Positions 27,205-36,370 are shown, counted from the first letter of the stretch. The stretch is DNA of 64,000 nt from Patescibacteria group bacterium (GCA_049325535.1 JBMOKY010000001.1:221002-285001); one strand, 5' to 3'. The notes: generated by a model from the sequence alone, not told the origin. Made by a program: numbers and translations.

Positions 27205-28017
27205 ATGGACTTTATTCCCTTAAGTGCATTATTCCTTGGGGCTGGTGCGCTGGCCATCGGCTACTACCGATGGGTACCGTCGGCAGAGGCATTACGCAGC
27301 CGTTTACCGAATCGCGCTACTCCGAGTAGTATCGTGCTGACCCTGGTCATGGGTGGGGCGGCATGGTATATCCTCTCTACTTTTTCTGGTTTTTCTGCGG
27401 TGAGCCGGATGCTGATGCTCATTTTCGCGCTGTTGTTTTTTGAATCGCTATTTTTGATTGGTTTGCGCTGGGTGCGCGTTAATTTTATCGCCCTGATACT
27501 GGCGCTTGCCGTGACTGCCGTGCTGTTCTGGGCGCAACTACAATATCCCACGTTCTTCGGGATTAACACGATTATTATCATGGCTACTATGGGCGCAGCG
27601 ACCCTACTGATCCGGCTCGGGTATCTCCGTACACCGATTTTATTCATCGTGGCCAGCCTGTGGACCGTCTATGATATCATGCTGGTTGAATTTGTATTGC
27701 CCGCGGTGACCCGGCCATCGACCAATCCCGTGCCGTCATTCCTGTATCCCGCCGTCACCGTCGGCCAGCTGAGTTTAGGGAGCGGTGATTTTATGTTTTT
27801 GACGTTGTTTGCCTTGATTGTTATGCGTGATTTTGGCGCACTGGCGGCAAGCATTTTAGTTGCCGCAGAAGTGGTCGGACTATTGATGACTGGACTGCTT
27901 TTGCCAGAGCAAGGATTTCTTGTGCCATTCCTGGTGGTTATGACGCCTATTTTCTTTCTGGTATACTTATTAGTGTATCTTGTCCGCCGCACATCATCGG
28001 AAACGAAGTCTGTATGA
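27205..28017 (+). CDS. Presenilin/signal-peptide-peptidase-like GxGD intramembrane aspartyl protease (A22-like)
   Basis: About 9 TM; WTVYDI (YD), LSLGSGDF (GxGD) and VPFL (PAL-like) in canonical order. Confidence 0.72.
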   Translation: MDFIPLSALFLGAGALAIGYYRWVPSAEALRSRLPNRATPSSIVLTLVMGGAAWYILSTFSGFSAVSRMLMLIFALLFFESLFLIGLRWVRVNFIALILALAVTAVLFWAQLQYPTFFGINTIIIMATMGAATLLIRLGYLRTPILFIVASLWTVYDIMLVEFVLPAVTRPSTNPVPSFLYPAVTVGQLSLGSGDFMFLTLFALIVMRDFGALAASILVAAEVVGLLMTGLLLPEQGFLVPFLVVMTPIFFLVYLLVYLVRRTSSETKSV

Positions 28018-29567
28018 ACCACATCAAGATTTCTTTTGCCACTCCGCCAATGCTTCGGCTGTATGGGTATTCGCCAGATTCGCCTGAAGCGATTTTTGAT
28101 CAGGTACAATCCGGGTGTCAACCTTCATCGTTGCGGGGGGATTTTATCGTGGTCGCCGAGGGTACCGACGCCCAATCAGGTAAGCCATTGACGGTTTTTA
28201 TCACTTCCGTCATCAGTGCCGTTCCGTATTACTATGTCATGACGGATACGACCTGCGTGCACGGTCCGATGATCATCGATTGCGTACGCAGAGCCGGTTT
28301 GACCTGGCAGTGGAACTGGTCGGCCATCGGGCAGATAGCGCTGTTTGATCATGTACTCGGTGACGCCTCGCTGCACCCCCAGGTACAGCGGGTGCCCGCC
28401 GCTAGTATTGTGATCATTCGAGGGACGCAGCGAGAATTCATGACGGAGCCGTTTTGGCAGAATCTGTACCATCAATCAGGGGGGCATACCAGTATCAGTG
28501 ACGCAGCGGATATGCTTGTGGCTCTGCTCGGCGAATTGCCCAGCTACAAGCCGCTGTCGCTCTCCTTGAGCGCGGGCTATGACAGCCGCGTACTCCTGGC
28601 GGGGCTGGCGTATCTCAAACGTACGGCGCAGACGGCCTGTATGGGTGCGCCTGACGCCACTGATCCGCGCATTGCCGAGCGGCTCGCGCGGGTGATCGGA
28701 TATGGGTATCATCGGGTAGCATTGAGCACAGATCAGTATGTATCCGAAGCAGAACGAATCCTGGCGATGACGAGCGGTGAAAAAGTCTTTTGCCACTGGC
28801 ATACAGGCATATATGCTCATACGGTCGGATTTGATCCACAGGGGGTGCATTTGGCAGGGTCAAATGGAGAATTCGCCCGTAGCTATTTTTTTGATAAAGG
28901 ATTTGTGGCACGCATGATGGATGTGTTGCCGATTGGGCATGGCGATTGGTGGCTGGCACGTGGTCACGCAGCTCCGCGGACAGTCGGCGAAGTAGTACGG
29001 CATATTGATCCGCAGTCGCCGTTTGCACAGGCGCTTGATATTCGCGCGCAACTCGCTTCAGTATATCCGCCGTATCTGAACTTTGGTGATGGTATGGATG
29101 TATTTTATGCTATGCAGCGGGTACGTAATTTTATTGGGTTGGGTATGGCACTGTATCGGGCTGATTTCCCGACGATGTCTCCCTTTCTGGATGTTCGCTT
29201 CATACAGGTGATGGCTCGGCTTCGCCGCCAAGATAAATTAGCCAATGCCATGCATCGGGGGATTATCGAAAAACTGCAACCTACCCTACTGACATTTCCG
29301 ACTGATGAAACGGACGTTCCTATGGGAGCGCGGCCATCAGGGATGTATTTCCGTCGACCGCGGCCAATCAAAGGGTATTCTCGGTCCACTGAAGCACAGC
29401 GATTGCCACAGGTGCGCCAGTGGGCACACCGGGGCTTTCGTTTGCTTGGTGGCAGCGAAAGTTCTGCTGAGGTCAGTGCCGTGGTAGAGCGCTGGAATCT
29501 CGGTATCACCGTCGGCGCATTTTCCGAATTGCTGCAGCGATCCGGCGTGAATGACGTCGCTGATTAA
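28014..29567 (+). CDS. Asparagine-synthetase-related ATP pyrophosphatase lacking the catalytic N-terminal Cys
   Basis: PP-loop LSLSAGYDSR, LAGSNGE, SPFLD; remnant Ntn domain LRGDF..PYYY. Confidence 0.75.
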   Translation: MNHIKISFATPPMLRLYGYSPDSPEAIFDQVQSGCQPSSLRGDFIVVAEGTDAQSGKPLTVFITSVISAVPYYYVMTDTTCVHGPMIIDCVRRAGLTWQWNWSAIGQIALFDHVLGDASLHPQVQRVPAASIVIIRGTQREFMTEPFWQNLYHQSGGHTSISDAADMLVALLGELPSYKPLSLSLSAGYDSRVLLAGLAYLKRTAQTACMGAPDATDPRIAERLARVIGYGYHRVALSTDQYVSEAERILAMTSGEKVFCHWHTGIYAHTVGFDPQGVHLAGSNGEFARSYFFDKGFVARMMDVLPIGHGDWWLARGHAAPRTVGEVVRHIDPQSPFAQALDIRAQLASVYPPYLNFGDGMDVFYAMQRVRNFIGLGMALYRADFPTMSPFLDVRFIQVMARLRRQDKLANAMHRGIIEKLQPTLLTFPTDETDVPMGARPSGMYFRRPRPIKGYSRSTEAQRLPQVRQWAHRGFRLLGGSESSAEVSAVVERWNLGITVGAFSELLQRSGVNDVAD

Positions 29568-30111
29568 AATCATGTGTATGAAATCAGCAATTAGACATTT
29601 CCGTTATTCATTTACTCTACGCCCTTTTCGCCTGTCGGACGCGCATGATTTGGTCCGTCATATCAATGATCCGGTTATTGCGCGGAACACCGCTCATATT
29701 CCGTATCCATACCGCCAGCGTGATGCTCTGCAATTCTTACGGCGTCAAATCATCCACCGTAGGAATAAGCCTGCAACTGATGTCACGTTCGCCATTATCA
29801 TCGATGGATCGGTGGTTGGTGGATTGGGGTTGCATCATATTGAACAGCGGCACCAGGCTGAGCTGGGGTATTGGCTATCCCGCCAATACCGCGGCCGAGG
29901 CATCATGACCCGGGCGGTCAGGGAAGCACTGCGCTATGGTTTCGTCCGACTGCACCTCCGTAGAATATATGCCTACACATACACGTATAATCCGGCATCA
30001 GCCCGCGTACTGGAAAAAAACGGGTTTGTCCGGGAGGGAGTGCTCCGTAAGCATGCCAAAAAGAACGGCCGTTTGATTGATGATATTCTGTATGCGAAGG
30101 TACGGGTATAG
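29551..30111 (+). CDS. GNAT acetyltransferase, RimJ/RimL family (start may be 29572 or 29578)
   Basis: LRPF, AELGYWL..YRGRGIMT, NPASARVLEKNGF..EG. Confidence 0.9.
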   Translation: MTSLIKIMCMKSAIRHFRYSFTLRPFRLSDAHDLVRHINDPVIARNTAHIPYPYRQRDALQFLRRQIIHRRNKPATDVTFAIIIDGSVVGGLGLHHIEQRHQAELGYWLSRQYRGRGIMTRAVREALRYGFVRLHLRRIYAYTYTYNPASARVLEKNGFVREGVLRKHAKKNGRLIDDILYAKVRV

Positions 30112-30160
30112 TTGCCGACTTGTCGGATCCTTGGTATATTGGGAAATATTGTAATTAGTA

Positions 30161-30967
30161 ATGAATATCAATGGTATGTCAGCGGAGCAACAACTAACAA
30201 AAAAACAACGGCGAGACCTTCGTCGACAGGAAAAACTCCAAAGCCGCGAACAGTTTGAACGGCAGAAATCAGTCCGCAGAGTCGTGATGTGGGTCGTTAT
30301 CGTGCTCGTTTTGGGGGGGATTGTGTATGCATTGACACAATTAGGTAGCAGCACAAATACCGATCAATTGTTAACCGACCGGATAACTCCTCAAGATCAT
30401 GCGTTAGGCGGCGCCGACGCCCCAGCCCAACTGATCGAATATAGCGATTTTCAGTGTCCGGCTTGCGCGGGATATGAAGATGTACTCAGTCAGATACGGG
30501 AGGAGTTTGGTGATCAATTGTTGTTTGCGTATCGACATTTTCCCTTGCGTTCCATTCATCCAAATGCCCAAATCTCCGCCGAAGCGGCTGAAGCGGCCGC
30601 ATTACAGGGCAAATTTTGGGACATGCACGCTCAGTTGTTTCAAACCCAACAGGAGTGGTCTGGCGTCAGCGATCCGACGGATATGTTTGTCGGATATGCT
30701 AACGACATTGGGCTCGATGTCGATCAATTCCGGACGGCGCTCGGTACTGATCAGGTCAGCGATCCGGTGAATGCTGATTATCAGAGTGGAGTCGCGGCCG
30801 GTGTGAATGCCACGCCGACTTTTTATCTGAACGGGGTGAAGCTGGACAATCCGCGGAGCGCTGATGAATTCCGCACCGAGATTCAGAAAGTGCTTGATGC
30901 TGCGGAAAATACGACAGACACCAATGCCGCTACGAACGGCAGTTCTGACACCGCAACCAATCAGTGA
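30161..30967 (+). CDS. dsbA: Membrane-anchored DsbA-family thiol-disulfide oxidoreductase
   Basis: TM, EYSDFQCPAC, RHFPL, GVNATPTFYLNG. Confidence 0.9.
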   Translation: MNINGMSAEQQLTKKQRRDLRRQEKLQSREQFERQKSVRRVVMWVVIVLVLGGIVYALTQLGSSTNTDQLLTDRITPQDHALGGADAPAQLIEYSDFQCPACAGYEDVLSQIREEFGDQLLFAYRHFPLRSIHPNAQISAEAAEAAALQGKFWDMHAQLFQTQQEWSGVSDPTDMFVGYANDIGLDVDQFRTALGTDQVSDPVNADYQSGVAAGVNATPTFYLNGVKLDNPRSADEFRTEIQKVLDAAENTTDTNAATNGSSDTATNQ

Positions 30968-32019
30968 TGCCAGAATCGAGAAAACATTTCCGTTGGTTAC
31001 CGTGGGTGATACTGAGTACAGCGCTGGCGGGGTTTGTTGATGCGAGCTATCTGACGGTGGAGCATTATCGCGGAGTCGGGGTTGGGTGCTCGATCATCCA
31101 CGGCTGTGATACCGTACTGACCAGCCAGTATGCCGAAGTATTTGGTATCCCCACCGCGCTGCTGGGCGCTTTTTTTTATTTATCGATCACAGTTTTGAGT
31201 ATCATTTATTTGGACGGAAGAAATGGGATAGTATTGCGCGTATTGGCATGGTTGACCGTACCGGGGATGGCCGTGACGGCGGTGCTCGTATATTTACAGG
31301 GCGTCGTGATCGGAGCGTGGTGCCAGTACTGTTTGGTATCGGCGGTGACCTCGACACTGTTGTTTGTCATGGGAATGTATATTCTCAAAAATTCATCATC
31401 GATCGCCCAGAGCCGACGTCGGCTGGTTATGGCCACCGGAAATGCCGGCAAGGTCAGGGAAATGCGCCACATTTTTTCGGATATGGGCATCGATATCCTC
31501 AGTGCACGCGAGGCGGGGGTGGATAGCGAGGCAGTTGAAGACGGGACGACGCTGAAGCAAAACGCCCTGAAAAAGGCCCGGCACGTGGCCCGGCAGGTCA
31601 CCGATTGGGTGGTCGCGGATGATACCGGGCTGTTTGTCGATGCGCTCCAGGGTGCGCCGGGAGTGTATAGCGCCCGCCACGCCGGTGTAGGTGCCTCAGA
31701 TGATGCGATTCGCGATAAAGTGTTACGCGATATGGCGAATATAGCCTCCAAAGATCGCACTGCTCGTTTTATCAGCGCAGTCGCTGCCGTCGGTCCGGCG
31801 GGCCAGGAATCTGTTTTTATCGGAACACTTCGCGGGCGAATCAATACGACACCGGCCGGCGAAGCGCGTCCGCATTTGCCCTATGATCAGATTTTCATTC
31901 CTGAGGGATCAACCAAGACGTTGGCCGAAATGTCCGATGATGAAAAAAATTCCATCAGTCATCGGCGAATCGCATTTGATCAGTTGCGCGCGTTTCTCAA
32001 AAAAGAATTTACTGATTGA
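30967..32019 (+). CDS. Fusion of a VKOR (DsbB-alternative) domain and an RdgB/HAM1 non-canonical purine NTP pyrophosphatase
   Basis: N-half C-x5-CDTVLTS.Y..FGIP..WCQYC; C-half ATGNAGK..E, NALKKA, ADDTGL..AL.GAPGVYSAR, YDQIF, KNSISHR. No intervening stop. Confidence 0.85.
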   Translation: MPESRKHFRWLPWVILSTALAGFVDASYLTVEHYRGVGVGCSIIHGCDTVLTSQYAEVFGIPTALLGAFFYLSITVLSIIYLDGRNGIVLRVLAWLTVPGMAVTAVLVYLQGVVIGAWCQYCLVSAVTSTLLFVMGMYILKNSSSIAQSRRRLVMATGNAGKVREMRHIFSDMGIDILSAREAGVDSEAVEDGTTLKQNALKKARHVARQVTDWVVADDTGLFVDALQGAPGVYSARHAGVGASDDAIRDKVLRDMANIASKDRTARFISAVAAVGPAGQESVFIGTLRGRINTTPAGEARPHLPYDQIFIPEGSTKTLAEMSDDEKNSISHRRIAFDQLRAFLKKEFTD

Positions 32020-32047
32020 AGGAATATTTTAAAAAGATACTTGAGTA

Positions 32048-32076
32048 TTGTATTATTTTTTAAAATATGCTATACT
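32048..32076 (+). promoter_or_regulatory. Sigma70 promoter in an AT-rich region upstream of the basic peptide gene
   Basis: TTGTAT-17nt-TATACT with TGn. Confidence 0.55.
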
Positions 32077-32236
32077 CATGGTGTGGAAAAATGATTAATG
32101 TTGTTTATTTCAAAAGCTTTTTACTCTTTTACAAAAAATTTTTAACCATTGTGACGTGTTATTGCGGAAATAGCAATAAAATATAGTGTGCTATTACGCA
32201 TAAGCACTCAATGTACGAAAGGGGGTGAATATCACA

Positions 32237-32338
32237 ATGGCAAAACGCAAGAAAGTTGCGAAGAAAAAGACCACGAAGAAACGCAAAGCGGCTAAAAAAA
32301 CCACGAAACGCAAAGCAACCAAGAAACGAAAACGATAG
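32237..32338 (+). CDS. 33-aa histone-H1/protamine-like basic peptide (not in the ORF track)
   Basis: MAKRKKVAKKKTTKKRKAAKKTTKRKATKKRKR; SD GAAAGGGGGTGA at 32217; own terminator. Confidence 0.8.
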   Translation: MAKRKKVAKKKTTKKRKAAKKTTKRKATKKRKR

Positions 32339-32354
32339 TCGCGTCAGTTTCTTA

Positions 32355-32390
32355 ACTTAAAGGCGACCTCATAGATGGTCGCTTTTAAGT
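32355..32390 (+). terminator. Terminator hairpin after the basic peptide gene
   Basis: ACTTAAAGGCGACC-N8-GGTCGCTTTTAAGT. Confidence 0.75.
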
Positions 32391-32444
32391 ATTCATTGTG
32401 CCCTTACCATTTTTGAAAATATCGGCTAGAATAGTGGTGGAGGT

Positions 32445-32768
32445 ATGTTGAGAATTTTCGCTAACCTTAGAAAACTAAAACACCCAGAATATTGGGTTAT
32501 TGCTAGTGTCGTTCTGATTTTACCGCCGACATATTTTTGGTTTCTCGGGATGCTCCATACCGTCGGCATACCCATCACCATATCTACGCAATTATTGGAG
32601 CGCATGTCCATACCGCTGGCAAGTACTTTGGTGTATGTATGTCCGTTTGGCGCGCTGCTCGCGGGATACATCGCATGGCGCATGATGCGCAATGGATTTA
32701 CTATGCTGATCGTATTATTGAGTTCGCTGTTTGTTATTTTAAGTGTCGTGTCAGTGGCCTTGGGCTAA
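32445..32768 (+). CDS. Hypothetical 3-TM membrane protein
   Basis: GGAGG SD; three hydrophobic segments. Confidence 0.65.
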   Translation: MLRIFANLRKLKHPEYWVIASVVLILPPTYFWFLGMLHTVGIPITISTQLLERMSIPLASTLVYVCPFGALLAGYIAWRMMRNGFTMLIVLLSSLFVILSVVSVALG

Positions 32769-32928
32769 ATACACTTCCGACGCACGTATGATAGATGTCG
32801 GGAAAATGTACGATGCATCGACTCTGATGTCTACTATCCGGCCCAGTCTCGGATCGTGTATGCCCCGGCGGATTATGGTTCGTCGCTATTTTTTATTAAC
32901 ATGATTCTCGTCCGATTTGATACTATAT

Positions 32929-33153
32929 ATGAGTGATTTGCATATTCGACAAGGTCGTTATCGCCATTACAAAGGTAATGAATACAACGTGCACGGTATA
33001 GCGCTGCACAGTGAAACCCAGGAGCCGCTGGTATTTTATACATCACTCCATGATCCTGAAACGAGCTGGGTGCGCCCGTATCACATGTTTGTGGAGTGGG
33101 TGGTCTGTCAGAATTCACTTGTCCCACGATTTATGTACATTGGCCCACTATGA
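32929..33153 (+). CDS. DUF1653-family small protein
   Basis: G.YRHYKG..Y.V..IA.HSET.E.LV.Y..L..WVRP..MF..PRF. Confidence 0.88.
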   Translation: MSDLHIRQGRYRHYKGNEYNVHGIALHSETQEPLVFYTSLHDPETSWVRPYHMFVEWVVCQNSLVPRFMYIGPL

Positions 33154-33647
33154 AGCAACTCCTCGTCTTCATGGGCAAACCCGGCGCGGGCAAGACGACA
33201 CTGATCCACGAATTATTTCCCGGACAGATGATTTTTGACGTTGCCGATTTTATCGCCGCGTACCGGACCGGCACAACATGGCCAGAACATAAAACCCTCC
33301 AGGGGTATGAGGACATGTATATGGCGCTTGAGCATATGCAGGATGTCGTCATCCTTGAGCTGGGCACGAATCACGCTGAGTACAATATCAATCAGCTCAG
33401 GCAAATCAGACAGCATGCTGATGTGCGAGTATTTGTCTGCACTGCTTCTGTTGACACACTCCGCCAGCGAGTACTGCGGCGGCCTGGATTTAGGGATATG
33501 GAGTCCATCGAACGCCGTTTCGCCTGGGATTTTCCGAATTCTCACTTACCATTATTTACCCAGGCGGGGATCGAGCCGTATTTTCTCGATATGGAACAAC
33601 CGATGACGGATAATGTGATCTTAGTCCGCCAAGCACTCCGATCATGA
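33150..33647 (+). CDS. P-loop NMP/shikimate-kinase-like protein
   Basis: Walker A GKPGAGKTT; RxxxR lid (RQRVLRR). Confidence 0.75.
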   Translation: MKQLLVFMGKPGAGKTTLIHELFPGQMIFDVADFIAAYRTGTTWPEHKTLQGYEDMYMALEHMQDVVILELGTNHAEYNINQLRQIRQHADVRVFVCTASVDTLRQRVLRRPGFRDMESIERRFAWDFPNSHLPLFTQAGIEPYFLDMEQPMTDNVILVRQALRS

Positions 33648-34453
33648 ATTCGGCAGATTTTCGAAAAACAGTATACGCCCATTATCGCCGGCACCGGCGT
33701 GATTTGCCGTGGCGCCACACGACGAATCCGTATCACATCATGGTGTCGGAAATCATGCTCCAGCAGACGCAGGTGGATCGGGTCATCAAAAAATACAAAT
33801 CATTTATAAAAAAATTTCCCACCATACGTTCTCTGTCGCGGGCGCCATTATCCAGTGTATTGAAGGAGTGGCAAGGACTGGGGTACAACCGTCGCGCCAA
33901 ATATGTACATATGGCAGCGCGGCATATTTCCACGCAGGGCACGGGAAGATTTCCTCACACGACAGATGGATTGGTGTCGCTCCCCGGTATCGGAGTCCAT
34001 ACGGCCGGTGCTATTTGTGCCTATGCGTTTAATCAGCCGGTCACCTACATCGAAACCAATATCCGCACGGTGTTTATCCATCATTTTTTTCCCAGACGGA
34101 CGCAGGTGAGTGATGCGGAATTGTTGCCGGTGGTTCTCCGGACCCTGGATCACCGTAATCCCCGGCGGTGGTATTCGGCACTGATGGACTATGGTACCTG
34201 GCTGAAGAAAGAACATGGCAATGCTGCCCGCCGGAGCCGGCACTATACCAGACACTCGCCATTTCAGGGATCGCACCGACAGGTGCGGGGTGGCATTATT
34301 CGCCAGCTGACGACAGGTCGTGCCATGACCGCCGCTCAATTGCGACGAACGCTGGGGGTTCCTCTGTCGCGTATCAGTCGGGCACTTGAGGAATTACAGG
34401 CTGAGGGTTTGGTGACGAAGCGAGATGGAACAATTTATCTCAGTCGATACTAA
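33644..34453 (+). CDS. mutY: A/G-specific adenine glycosylase, Fe-S-cluster-less type with a C-terminal HTH-like tail
   Basis: RDLPWR, SEIMLQQTQV, WQGLGYNRRA, LPGIG..TA, ETN, ALMDYG; no Cys cluster. Confidence 0.85.
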   Translation: MNSADFRKTVYAHYRRHRRDLPWRHTTNPYHIMVSEIMLQQTQVDRVIKKYKSFIKKFPTIRSLSRAPLSSVLKEWQGLGYNRRAKYVHMAARHISTQGTGRFPHTTDGLVSLPGIGVHTAGAICAYAFNQPVTYIETNIRTVFIHHFFPRRTQVSDAELLPVVLRTLDHRNPRRWYSALMDYGTWLKKEHGNAARRSRHYTRHSPFQGSHRQVRGGIIRQLTTGRAMTAAQLRRTLGVPLSRISRALEELQAEGLVTKRDGTIYLSRY

Positions 34454-34570
34454 TATGAAATTTTTGTTGCCACATGTTTTGTGCCCCAGCTCTTATTCTT
34501 TTTACTTTCGTCAGAGAGCAGTAGCGCTGGATTGCAAAAACATTCCAGTAGCCTATAATAGAGGCTGCAT

Positions 34571-35263
34571 ATGCACGCATCGAAACTACCACAACATATA
34601 GGATTCGTCATGGATGGCAATCGCCGATGGGCAGCCGCACATGGCAAAAGCGCGACAGATGGCCACAAACAAGGCTATGAAGCTTTTCGACAGATTAGCG
34701 AACTGGTGCTGGATAAGGGAATTATGGTGGCGACGTTTTGGGCTTTTTCCACGGAAAACTGGAAACGGCCGAGACAAGAGATATTTGCTCTGATGAAGCT
34801 CCTCAAACACGCGCTCCGCACGGAGCTGAAGCGATTTATGGAGCGCGGTATCCGGTTTAATGCTTTGGGACGGATTGCCGCATTCCCGTTTGATGTCCGG
34901 CGGGAGATAAAACGTGCCATTGAAGAAACAAAAACAAATACCAAGGGCGTATTGAATATCGGATTGAATTATGGCGGACGGGAAGAGATCGTCGATGCTA
35001 TCAAAGGGATCGTGAAAAATGGTTTTTCACCAAATAAAATAACCGCTCAATTGGTCAATCGTTTTTTATACGCGCCCGATCTGCCCGAACCGGATCTCAT
35101 CATTCGCACTTCAGGTGAGCAGCGTTCATCTGGGTTTATGCTCTGGCAATCACCGTATGCGGAGTGGGTGTACTCACCAAAACTATGGCCAGAATATTCC
35201 GAGACTGACCTCGATGCAGCGCTCGACGAATATGCCCGGCGAAAAAGAAATTTTGGGGCATAG
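34571..35263 (+). CDS. uppS: Undecaprenyl/polyprenyl diphosphate synthase (cis-prenyltransferase)
   Basis: MDGNRRWA, FSTENWKR, NYGGR.EI, IRTSGEQR.SGF. Confidence 0.95.
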   Translation: MHASKLPQHIGFVMDGNRRWAAAHGKSATDGHKQGYEAFRQISELVLDKGIMVATFWAFSTENWKRPRQEIFALMKLLKHALRTELKRFMERGIRFNALGRIAAFPFDVRREIKRAIEETKTNTKGVLNIGLNYGGREEIVDAIKGIVKNGFSPNKITAQLVNRFLYAPDLPEPDLIIRTSGEQRSSGFMLWQSPYAEWVYSPKLWPEYSETDLDAALDEYARRKRNFGA

Positions 35264-35270
35264 GCTGCCT

Positions 35271-36323
35271 ATGCGTGCTGACCAACAGGTGCGCTCGATC
35301 ATCCGGCAGATTAACCGCCGGCTGCAGTTTGTGTTTGCGCGCTATGCCCGGTCAGCGGGCAGACAGCATCAGATTGCCCGACGGCTGAGCTCGGCGGTTG
35401 GCGAGTTTACCCTACGCCGGGGTGCCAAGCGTACACGGGGATTGCTCACCGTCATCGGGTATCTGGCAAATCCACGAAACCGCGTTGATAAAAATATCAT
35501 CACCATCGCTGCGGCCTATGAGGTACTACAGGCGTATTTGCTGATTCATGATGATATCATCGATGATGACGATGTCCGACGGGGCAGACCGACACTACAC
35601 CGGTTGTTTGAACGTGCCGTGCCCGCGGGAGTCAGCCGGACGGTCCGGGAAAAAATCGGACGCGACATAGCTATCATCGCCGGGGACGTGGCTGCCGATA
35701 TGGTACAGCGTATCATTTTAGAGACGTCATTTCCCGATTCCCAGAAGCTGCGTGCGTTAGCGCTGATTGATCAGACGCTGCATACGACGTATGCCGGCCA
35801 AGTGCTGGATATTCTGTCATTGCCCCAGCATCCGCCGCGCCTGAACGATCAGATTCTTCGCTATCAATTAAAAACTGCCCGCTATTCCATCGCATCACCG
35901 TTCATGCTCGGCGCTGAACTGGGCTTAGCATCATTCCAGCGAAATGCCTTTAATCGGTTTGCCGAAGCTGCCGGTGTCGGATTTCAGTTGGCCGATGATA
36001 TTGCCAATGTATTTGGAGTCCAGCTGGCACGGCGTTCATCCGATATCCGCAGTGGCAAGGTGACACTCTTGATGACGCTGGCACTTCAGTCGAACCAGCA
36101 TCGGCCGGCGCTTCTGCGCTTGCTAGCACGTCCGGCTCGTACGGCAGATGACGTGCGTCATCTCGTGGTGCTGCTGGAGGACAGCGGCGGTTTGGCACGG
36201 GCGAGAGCAATGGTCAGTCGGGAATATGAGCGTGCTGAACGGCTGATTTCCCGACTCGATTTATCCGAGAAAAGCGAAACATTGCTCCGCTGGCTGGTGG
36301 CACGGTTTAAGCAAGCAAACTAA
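35271..36323 (+). CDS. Trans-polyprenyl diphosphate synthase (IdsA/GGPPS-like)
   Basis: FARM HDDIIDDDDVRRG.PT, GD, GQ.LD, KTA.Y; second motif FQLADDIAN. Confidence 0.85.
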   Translation: MRADQQVRSIIRQINRRLQFVFARYARSAGRQHQIARRLSSAVGEFTLRRGAKRTRGLLTVIGYLANPRNRVDKNIITIAAAYEVLQAYLLIHDDIIDDDDVRRGRPTLHRLFERAVPAGVSRTVREKIGRDIAIIAGDVAADMVQRIILETSFPDSQKLRALALIDQTLHTTYAGQVLDILSLPQHPPRLNDQILRYQLKTARYSIASPFMLGAELGLASFQRNAFNRFAEAAGVGFQLADDIANVFGVQLARRSSDIRSGKVTLLMTLALQSNQHRPALLRLLARPARTADDVRHLVVLLEDSGGLARARAMVSREYERAERLISRLDLSEKSETLLRWLVARFKQAN

Positions 36324-36370
36324 AAAAACCTCCGGGGGTGAAGGGGTGATATCCGCGTATGCGGTGATGG

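Noticed and set aside
28014-29567. Lasso peptide biosynthetic cluster
   Set aside because: No transglutaminase-like B2 peptidase, RRE/PqqD protein or recognisable precursor nearby.
32788-32899. Short ORF between the 3-TM protein and DUF1653
   Set aside because: No SD, promoter or recognisable features; cannot be supported.
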